DNA of 49,063 nt, the filler included, from Catajapyx aquilonaris (lineage: Eukaryota), in the NCBI GenBank assembly GCA_000934665.2. It is 2 parts of 2 records of this genome, joined end to end, with 100 filler letters (N's around TTAATTAATTAA, not from the genome) between each part and the next. Parts side by side here need not be neighbours in the genome. Positions count along the whole stretch, not along the records: positions 24,494 to 49,063 come from KZ539366.1; 1 more part is not named here. The stretch is one strand, 5' to 3'. Positions 39,335 through 49,063 of this stretch are shown here, piece after piece (the stretch's first letter is position 1; the number at the start of each line of letters is the position of its first letter). Position numbers and translations under genes: made by a program. Under the pieces are notes generated by a model. It was not told the origin of the DNA. It saw only the letters and a program-made list of their open reading frames with translations, and did not search any database.

Positions 39335-39897
39335 TTTAATAAATGCATTCTCAAGTCACACGCTAACAGGCCTTAATTAACAACTACTGATAAATATCTT
39401 AGGGTAAGTTAGGGTAAGTGCAGATGGATTTAGATTAGTTGCAGTTTAAGGCATGATACTTCCTCACAAGGAACATATCTCGGGTGATAATAACGGATCT
39501 TGATGAAACTGAATATGCTAATAAAGGATGATAGGCTATATGATAACCAAAAATGAAGTCATTTCTGGCTGAAGTTAATATTTGCAAAAGTTATGACGTG
39601 TTAAAGTGACAAAAATGGTACATATTCATACGCAATGGGATTACGTTAGCAGCCACATATAATGGCATTGAAACCTGTGCACTGGACAAAAAATTAAAAT
39701 TTGACCCCCAACCCCCAATGTTTGTTTGTGTTGACTGGCTCACTTTCATCTGAATGAACCTTTTGTTTAGAGAAAAGAGGAATGCTATATTGTTTTTTAC
39801 AGTCCACACTTGTATACCTGCAAACTGGATTAGACAAAGGTTTTGTTTATTGCCGATTCTCATACATCAAGCACAAACTAGATTTTTAAAAGCAGGA

Positions 39898-42800
39898 TCA
39901 CAGTGGAGATTTGAATGCCCCAATTAACATAATGGGTTTAGAGCGTAATCGATCATTGTACAGAGCATAGATGAAAGGATGGTCGGCATGAAAATGGTAA
40001 GTGCTGTCCATCCGCCCACCAACTTCATTGGTCATATCTGTAGAGAACATTAATATTATTATTGTTGTTGTTATTATTATTGCACCATTGTTTAAATAAC
40101 AATCTAGCTGGTAGATGTGAAGTATGGCATGAAAGTTTTCCTAACCATTTTCCTCTTCATTTGTTCCGTCGTCATCCACGATATCTATAGAAATCTTATG
40201 AATTACTTGATGTGCTCGCAGATCAATGTCACCAGCAATTGCTCGGAAGTCAGCTCTAGGGCCAAACATGTCCGTCATTCCCATCTGGAATGCAAGCAAA
40301 TACATTACAAGGTTGCATTCCCTGGCTCATGAAGTGCAAGTCAAGTAGTCATACAGCCTCAAAGGATTCCTTCAGGAGAGTGGTGGACTCAAATTTCATG
40401 CGGGGCAGTGCGATGCTCACTGACTTTGGTCTGATCCTGCCACGCACCTGATCAATGTTAAAAGTCTTAAGTTTTTTTAAGGTTTCAGTTAGGCCATCTC
40501 TGCTTTTAGGTAGAATCACCAGCATCGTGGGCACTGCATCCTGAAGAAAGGAAATAAAAGAAGACCTTTCTCTGAAGTTAATTTTTTTTACATAACTGGA
40601 GTAAAATAATCTTATCACATGGATTTTAAAAGTATGTGGAAAGTTTACTGTATGAATGTAATAATCATATGAATCCCTGAAATTCACAAGAATTAAAGTC
40701 ACATTGGATTGATATTTCAAGGTATGAAGAATCCTTTATAGTTTATGCCTCATGGCATTTTTTATCAACATTCTTTTCTTGGGGATTGGAATTTCTTTAT
40801 CAGAAAAATGACTTGACATTCACAAGATATGCCTCAGGAATTATATTACACAATGCCTAACTCAATTTCGACCAATTTTGACTAATCCTGTTGCATTTCA
40901 GGTCTTCAAATGCTTCTGTACAACTTCAGGTTATATTTCTCGTGGGACTGGCCTTGACATGATTTTAATATCCACTATAAAGAGTGCAGATGTTCAAGTT
41001 GTCTGTGGTTGTAATATTTCTACTGAGGCTTAATAACTATTACTGAATTTCAAAAATAAGAAATGCAGCTATAATTTTTAAAAACAATCTGTCAAAAAAT
41101 TAACGTAGTCGCACGAGAGAATATAGTCAATTATTTTGGAGTACAATATATTGCACACCAATATACTATATTGATACGTACATACAGCAGGAACCTGGGT
41201 ATCAAATTTTGTTGAGAACTCGCTCAACCACGAATATTTTTGCTTTCTTTGGTAACACACTAGTCTCTCATCTGACATACATTTTTCTGAGGTCAATGAA
41301 AGGTTTGTTCCAAGGTGCACCACATGAAGTGTTGGAAGCTCTGACTGCGAGTAATACCCGTGTTAGAACTGTCATGCACAATTGAGCCAAGAGTAGTAAA
41401 GAATTTACAAAACAATGTCATTCTTTTGGTCAAACATGGTTGTTTATCCTTCTACAACAGTTCAAGACTTTGAGCATACTCCTAACATTCCAGAGACTAG
41501 TTCATCCTTTGCACCATATGATCTTCACTAGTTTCTTCTTTTCAAGGCAATTTTCTTTGCATATGAGACTCTATGGAGTGCCCTAAAGGCAAAAGAAAAT
41601 GGTTGGCTTAATTGGTGTGTGGTGACAATTACGTAACGATTATTATATTTTATTTCTTTTATTTATATTTTATTTTGCCCCATTGAGAGATCAACGCTCT
41701 ATTAGGGGGGTGGAACACCACCATATTTTTCAATTTTATTGGTTTTTCTTCATACTCCGGTGCAGGGAAATCAGGGAAATTGGGTAAGGATAGGGATTTT
41801 TGGGGAGGGGACACGGGTGCAAGTGCAATGTCTCAAACTGGGCCACGTGCAGTCCCCCAGGAGGTTAGGTTGCCAGACACCTCCTTGGTGGAGGTCAGAG
41901 ACCCTCCCGACGCAGGTGAAAGGAAGTTCCCCAGGCGGGGAAAGAACCTGGGGCCTTTCACTCAGCAAGCCAAGACGTTATACCATCTCGGCCACCACAC
42001 CTCCCCATTATGTTCCGATTATTTTACCATTGTGTGTATAGAGATTATCCTACATAGCACACCTCATGTCTAGCATCCCTGATAAACATGTGTTATATCT
42101 GTAGGTTATATTTCCTATACACTTACAATGCTAACAAAATCAAAACTTAATTGCAACTGCACACTGTAATTAAGCATAGGTCCCAAGATGATAAGTTGAG
42201 TTTTTTATTCTTAGAATAGGTCAAGGGATATCCAAAGCTAAAGAAAATGACTTACTGACCACCCTGTGTATTCCTGTTGAGGTGTTTGGACATATATTAG
42301 CAATTTTTGGCGATATGCTGTTTATTTAAAGGAGTTACTTTCAAAGAGTTGCTTTTAGAGGCTGTCAAAAATATGATTACTATTATTAGGTTGAAAAGCT
42401 TTCTTGCCAATCTGGCAGGGAACTGTAGACAGAGATTTCAGAGACAGGTCCCATGAATTGGTCACAGATGGAAAGCATCAGAAACATAACATCACAAAAC
42501 CTCAAGTTGCAGAGGGGGTGGGTGGGTTAAAGAATGTCGTTGTCGTCGTCGTCATCATTATCATCATCATCGAAAACAACAACAACAATACATCACTTTC
42601 CCTATAAGGGATAGTCAGCGATGAAGGAGAAGCAAGTTAACCGTACTTATTAACTAAAACAACACACATTCATAATAACATAATTTCGCATGCTACGTGC
42701 TTATACTATACACATGACACTATTGTCACTCACCCACGTTTATGATAATAATAATAATAATTTGATACCCCATTATCAGCCTACGGGCTTTCCTAGGGGG

Positions 42801-45800
42801 GGATTTCTCCCAATTTTTTGTCTGGAACTCTTCCATTTTTACTATTTTTCTCATCACCGGAATGAAAGCAGGGAAAGGGTAGGAAGGAGGCGGCTGTGGC
42901 CTATATTACGGTAACGACCCCGGAATTATCCTGCAAGGACCATGGGAAACCACAGAAAACCATGGTCAGGGTCGCCGGCCTCCGGGATTCGAACCCAGGA
43001 CCTCCCGATTAGCAGTCGGTCACCATACCACTACACCACTACTGCTTCGGTGGACCCACGTTTATGTCATTCATACATATCTAAGCAAACAACCTTAGCC
43101 TCAGCCACGTCCATGGTCCTCTTGACACATGTGCCTCGAGACTTAAGACTACCAACACCTTTGTGCTAGACATTCACCCACCTGGTCCAGCCATGTCTTC
43201 CTAGGCCTACCCTTACCACTCTTACCAACTACTTCAAGCTAATAAACATTCTTCACAATATCCTCCTCCTTCACCCTCTCCACATGGCCAAACGGCCTTA
43301 GAGTAGACCTGTACACCTTATCTTCAACAGTCTTCTTAACATTACATCTCCGCAAAATCTCCTCATTCCTAATAATTTATTGTATATAACTTACTAACAC
43401 CACCAACAGCATGGAGATAACTCATATTTGTAGCCAACACCCTGAAACACAGTGCACTTACATTCACTTTAGGACTACACATGCACAAGAATGCTTTTCT
43501 CGCATATCAGTGAAATAGAGTTGAATACATTTGAGAAGCCCACTTTCGAATGTTGACAGTCATTGCTCACCAGGACAACAGAAATGCATGTGCCATCCTG
43601 CAAGCTGAAAATTTAGAATGATGCTACTATTTAGAGCCAAGGTGACCAGCCTTTGTTCATTGGATTGGCTTGCCTGCATTCCAAGGGGTAACCACATAAT
43701 ATAGGTAGACTACTACTGTAGGAATCTGTGTAGTTCAGAGACACTCGCTTTGTTAGCCATCTGACAGTGAGGTGGGGTGTACAAGCATAGAAAGAGAATC
43801 CAAGAGGAGGAGAAGCATAATTCTCTTACCTTGCAGGGATAGTTTCTATCATTCTCTGGCCGAGAAAATGCTTCCCGTAAATGGCGCAAATGACTGTGAA
43901 AGAAATGCGTTGCATTCAACCTAATACTAGCAGATAAGAATAATGATAGCCTCTAAAAGCAACCAATCAATAGGCATAATATTCTATTAAACAGCTTAGT
44001 ACCAAAAATTATTTACCATTATGGGCACTTGAATATGAAGGCGTTGTTTATTTTTTGTTGCATAAGTCAGGCCACAAGAACTAGGGGATCAGTGTATGTT
44101 GAACCAGAATTATTAGGCTAGTTGATCATATACACCAACGTATTTTGATAAAAGCCTAGGGTTGTTGAACCAAGAATACCGCATATCTACAAATTTTACT
44201 AGGGATATGGCTAGTGTGAAGCATAGCCCTGATCCTGAGAGGTGGCAGTTAGACACTATCAGGGTGATTCAAATGAGGCGAATTTGAGGTGAACTTACTC
44301 ATAATGGCATTTCCAGTGCTTTCCTGATAGTTGGTCATGTCAAGGGGGTAATCACTTCGGTACTCCGTTGTACACCTGCGAGTGGTACTCCCAGGTACTC
44401 CTCAGGTACCTCACTCTTTATTACTCCTTGGTACTCCTTCAATTTGGTACTCCAGTGTACACTTTTCAGTCGAGTGATTACCCCCTTGGGTCATGTTCTT
44501 AATCTCTCTATGTTGTTGTGGTGATGTGTTGGTATTTACTGGATAATGACGTCTGCGGATGGAACTGTCTGAAATCGAGGTAAGTTTAGGCCACCATAAA
44601 TGTACTTCCGCATTGTTTTTGGACCCAAAATCCTGGGATGAAGACTATGCTACATACTAGCCATATCCTTAGTAAAACTTGTAGACTTTCAGTAATCTTG
44701 GGTCAATAACCCTAACTATCAGGGCCGGACTGGCTAGTGGTTGGCCCCACCGGCTGTTAAATCGTGCTGGCCCCCAATTGCTCAATCATTTGAATGCGCA
44801 TAAGCCCCCCCTAATATTGTTCATTTATTTTCTTCAAATCACTGTTGAACACTGTAAGTGTAACTTAATATAAGCTTTCTGTATATCACTCACCAGTGCC
44901 GGATCCTGAAATTTTTCTGGGGGGGGGGGGACACTAGAGTACTTCTCTGGGGGGCGGGGGGAAATTTTTTCCGGTTCAAGGTCACAACCCTTCCTCGCGA
45001 CCCCAATTTTGGGGTCGCAACCGCAAAACGGAAAAGAACCCATAGAACAGTGCAATTTTGCACTGTTCTAGAGGGTTTTTAGAGAGAGAGGGTTAGAGAG
45101 TCCCCTCCCGTTTTTTTTCTTTTGGGGGGGGGGGGGNGGGCACGTGCCCCCCTAAATCCGCCAGTCAGCACTCACCGTTCACCATGCTAGTACTGGCTTC
45201 TTCAGCTCTTAGCTTGGTCCCAGATGGTGAGCCCTCAAGGGTTCAGTAGCCTACATATGGTTGTCAATATGTCATTTATTGTGAGAGCACGATTCGGAAA
45301 ATGCACTGAAATTCTTATCCTGTCGTTGGTGGCCGAAGAAGTGACTTGGCATGCTTATTTCTTGCCCTGTGAGCGTGAGTCGCGACCAGATGAAGTCAGG
45401 GTTCCTAATTGAAGGCACCTGATTTCCCCCTGCCGCGAAAAGATAAGCCAGCCGGTTATATTTGTCCCTTATAGCTGACCAGTGGCCCCAAACATTTTGC
45501 ACCTTCAAGACGGGAAAGGTGCCGGGCCCCCCTCCCGATAGTTTAAATGTTCAATCAGCCTTTGAGCCTTACCAAATTATGAGTGTATATACTGTAATAT
45601 ATTATGTAACCTGCTGTGGGGGGAATGTCCCCCGACTATCCAGAAAGGCTATCAAGGGTACGATTTTTTTTTTTTTAATTATTGTTCAGGCAAACCCATC
45701 CACTGACCGAAACCAGGCGACCGCGATCTACCGGCCCCTGCGGAAAACTTTGGCCCCACCTTTGGCCCCACCGGCGATCGCCGGTCAGCCGGCCGGGCCA

Positions 45801-46339
45801 GTCCGGCCCTGCTAACTATATTACCTTTTTTTTCTTCAGTTGCCATATAACATATTCTGGGGTTATAACATCTGTACGAAAAGTTTTGTAAATTGAATCA
45901 GCAGCACCAAAGACTTTGAGCTTGATGATCAACACTGTCACCAATGAGTCTAGTTTGAAATCCAGCAATAGTCGCAGATGCATCATCAGAATAATGGTGG
46001 TGTTATCCATTCTGAATATCATGCAGTCCTCGCTGTAAAGTATATTGTCTGAGTTATGCTGGTGCGGGGATGAATGGAAAGATAGGGCATCAGTGTCTGA
46101 TATGATTGTGTAGTGGGGGGCTGAACACCAATAGATTTGTGTGATCTTCCCAGCATGTACCTAGCATGTCCCCAGGACGTACCGTATGCTGTGGGACATG
46201 TTGCTGTGTTCGGTTTTGGTGGACATTTTTGTAAATACTATACAGCCAATATTGTATTGGTACTTACTTTTGAAATAACTTAGATGAGATGAAACAAATA
46301 ACTAATGATTCTGCTATACTACTAGTGCTGCGGCTGCTG

Positions 46340-46412
<73 letters not shown>

Positions 46413-47659
46413 ACATACACATAATAATACTATTATTACACACCTCTTTCTCGTCATTGACAAGGGAGATGACCTGAGCATCAATCTCTTTGATATCTGC
46501 ATACCCAAACCTTCCCATCTGGTGCATTGTCGGGACATTTTGGATTGTTTGGTACTTGCTGACATAGAAGGGCTCAGGAGTTGTGTCATTTTTTTTGAAG
46601 TTGGTGTTCCATGTTCCCTTGAAGGACATCCCACTCACTAATAGCATATTGGTTGACAATTCATCAATGGCGACTGAAATAGTTAGCACATTAAAGGACA
46701 GTCATCAAATTGAAAGTTTATGTTTTGTTTGAATCCCATTGTATGAGTCACACAGATGGATGAATTGATAAAATCTACCATCTAAGCCTCTAAGGAGACT
46801 TTTCCAGGCCTTGGTGTATTCAGACAATTCATGCGTTATTACCTTAGTTACAAAGGGATGTTCCTGATTGAAGCAAAGGAGAGTGTCACTCACAAGGTGC
46901 AAGAATCCTGCGAATTCCTCCATGAGACATGTTGTAAATGCTCTCATTAATGCGATCGAGAGCTTCCTTCTTATTCCTGAAGTTTACATAAACTGGGGCA
47001 TAACTGTAAAAGTATTTGCACTCCTCCTTGAAGTAGTCAAGCATGTTGAATTCCTGATCAATATACAATCTGTATGCCATTTCCCAATTGTCATTATCGA
47101 TATCCTACAGATAAAAGAGAGTGCTCAGGGTTAATAGTAACATGCCAGTAAAATTGTGGGTACCAAATGATTTGATAATACAAGTAGGCCTACATATCTA
47201 ATATTGCTTATTTTGATATGGATTATGATATTTTAAAAAAATTATCATTTAAACATCAAATTCCAACTATGATCATCATATGCCATTAAATACATACATG
47301 CAGTGTGTCCTGAAAAAACTTGCTGCCTGAGTAAAATTGGTCAAGATTGCTTGGAAAATTGGCTGCATGCTTGATCTGGGTAAAAGTGTTTCGCATGGTT
47401 CCAAGATATGCCATTCCCAGGACCAGATGGATAGTTATACTACAAACAATTTGATTTTCATATTCCAGCCTCTCCAGTGTTTTCTGCATGGTAATGGAAT
47501 TAGTAATTACTTAAAAGGCTACACAGTAAGAGACTGGCAGTTAAGATGTTTCACCTCAAGAAGTTCCACTAAAAATTGGTTGTTTGCCTCATTAATTGTG
47601 ATGTCAAGTTTCACTTGGACACAGTTGAGTGCCACGACCAAACCTAACAGTCCACGCAT
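39898..47659 (-). CDS. Divergent secreted serpin B, probably non-inhibitory, about 398 aa
   Basis: Minus-strand exons 47659-47555, 47483-47298, 47104-46894, 46673-46444, 40540-40355, 40284-40146, 40037-39898; GT-AG and in phase. Motifs ANNQFLVELL, LGMAYLG, SFKGTWNTNF, TMLVILP, LPRMKFES, MGMTDMF, FHADHPFIY. Start codon uncertain; AATAAA (-) at 39846-39851. Confidence 0.85.
41650..42006 (-). mobile_element. tRNA-derived SINE, type A copy 2
   Basis: Reverse complement closely matches 5168-5390; A-rich tail. Confidence 0.8.
42745..43053 (-). mobile_element. tRNA-derived SINE, type D copy 2
   Basis: Same head as 28608; (ATT)n tail; 13-bp TSD ACCCACGTTTATG at 42732-42744 / 43054-43066. Confidence 0.8.
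43067..43445 (-). mobile_element. RTE-like LINE 3' fragment
   Basis: Minus-strand translation FGHVERVKEEDIVKNV..VVGKSGKGRPRKTWLD, typical of an RTE ORF C-terminus. Confidence 0.7.
44341..44488. mobile_element. 148-bp MITE with 8-bp TSD (P- or hAT-like), inside a degenerate foldback at about 44158-44714
   Basis: Perfect TIR CAAGGGGGTAATCACT; TSD GGTCATGT; internal GGTACTC repeats. Confidence 0.75.
44720..45811. mobile_element. hAT-like non-autonomous element, with a second hAT-like insert at about 44894-45167
   Basis: TIR CAGGGCCGGACTGGC; perfect 8-bp TSD CTAACTAT at 44712-44719 / 45812-45819. Confidence 0.85.
46339..46412. repeat. (CTA)n microsatellite in a serpin B intron
   Basis: Pure trinucleotide run about 30 bp from the exon 4 donor. 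Confidence 0.9.
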
Positions 47660-48577
47660 GGAAGGAATACCATTATACACATTAGGGTCATTCACACAGC
47701 ACAAAAATGTTATGATCGGATCAAGTTTCAATTGTGTCTTTCATTGATATTAATTGTTGACTCAACAGTTAATAACAACGAAGAACATGTTTGGAACATG
47801 ATGCCTTCACAAAATATTTGTGTCATATGATTGGCCCAATTTAGCCAATGTAACTTGAATTGTTAAAAATGCCACTTCATTAGTATCTTACCAAGTGATA
47901 GTATCCTCCAATTCGTCATGGTGATTTTCAGTTGAACCTAGTCTGCTACGCAGGAGTTGGCAAAGTGAAACGTGGCATGCAAGGCAAATGCCTACTATTC
48001 ACATAACAGAAGATTCTGGAAGGTTATGTTTCGAGAACTATTGTGCTTTACATCGTAAATCTGCATTCTATGACCATTTTGATAACTTTTTCTGCAACAT
48101 GGATGTAACCAGAATTGCAAGCATTTCATTTACAATGATAATGACTGATGATAGTGATGCCTACTAAGAACAGACAAATCGTCGTTTTTCTAGCTAATCA
48201 AAAAAGCTCATCAACATCACACATTGACTTAGGTGATGTTCTTCTAATCATGCAGGAAAACAATAGTGCCATAACTTCTCTTTGTCAATGAGAGGAAATG
48301 GCGGGCACTGAAGATATCTCATGCAGATAATTTTGTTGTTCAAAACCTAAGGGGAGGGAAAGCATCCATAAAGTACGTCATGGTGGGAGTGTGTAGGACC
48401 CAGAGTTAATAAATTGTAGGACTTATGCCAGTGCAGTATGATGAAGTAGTGACTTGGGGGTAGGGGTGGTTTGGCTGAACATTTCATCACACTCGAAGGT
48501 ATAATAAAACAGTGTTACTCAAATATTTAGCAGCGACTTGAGTGTTCATTATTTTATAAGTTCTATTTTAAAATAAA

Positions 48578-49063
48578 GGAGAGTGAGAGGCTGGAGAAGG
48601 CCTTCAAGGAGAATGAGAAGTCTTTTTGGAAGACTGTTAGGAGGTTAAGAACTGGCCATGGGGTTAGTGTAGTGGGTGTGAAGGATAAGAAGGGTGACAT
48701 GCTGTGGGATGGAGGAGAGGCGAAAGGGCGCTGGGGAGAATATTTTAAGGACTTGCTGTCAGCAAGTGATAAGGCCAGTGTTGATGTATCTGTAAGCTTA
48801 ATTGGGGATGTTGTACCAAGTAATGATGGTTGTGGGGATATTGTTAAGAAGGAAGTTGCAGCAGCTGCTGCTTTAGGACTTAAACTAGGTAAATCCCCTG
48901 GGGTTGATGCTATTTCTTCGGAAATGGTGAGGTGTGGTGGGGATGATGTAGTTACTTTTTTGACTATTATGTAGGGTTTCTTTTGATAATGGTGTAGTTC
49001 CTAGGGATTGGAGGGATGCTATTATAGTACCTCTGTATAAGGGTAAGGGAGATGTGTGTGACT
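48578..49063 (+). mobile_element. RTE-clade LINE ORF fragment (just upstream of the RT domain), frameshifted, runs off the window
   Basis: FWKTVRRL..RWGEYFKDLL..LKLGKSPGVDAISSEMVRCGG, then in another frame VPRDWRDAIIVPLYKGKGD. Confidence 0.85.

Noticed and set aside
46289..46440. Poly-Ser, poly-Leu and poly-Val extensions of ORFs
   Set aside because: Intronic (CTA)n microsatellite beyond the serpin B exon donor at 46443.

Overview
Eukaryotic, AT-rich and intron-rich DNA, most likely from an arthropod (three TATCGATA DRE motifs in a promoter; arthropod-like protein sequences). Four protein-coding loci were reconstructed by hand from splice signals and reading-frame continuity. (1) A complete 11-exon TOM1/TOM1L2-like VHS-GAT gene (+, 899-22156). 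(2) The last two coding exons of a golgin-84 (GOLGA5) gene (+, 31858-33024), which are missing from the ORF track and have no visible upstream exons after an assembly gap. (3, 4) A tail-to-tail pair of divergent secreted serpins (+ 34910-39334; - 47659-39898); one appears to need a GC-AG intron and the other has an acidic, non-inhibitory-type hinge. Introns and intergenic DNA are packed with nested mobile elements: a decayed mariner, RTE-like LINE fragments, at least five tRNA-derived SINE types with target-site duplications (TSDs), and many MITEs and foldbacks (Tc1/mariner-, hAT-, piggyBac-, Harbinger-, Kolobok-, Sola- and P-like). The most system-like pattern is a shared 3' nested hairpin (CCCC..inner stem..AYGGGG) on several unrelated SINE heads and on a LINE 3' end. 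Superfamily labels for non-coding elements rest only on terminal inverted repeat (TIR) and TSD patterns.
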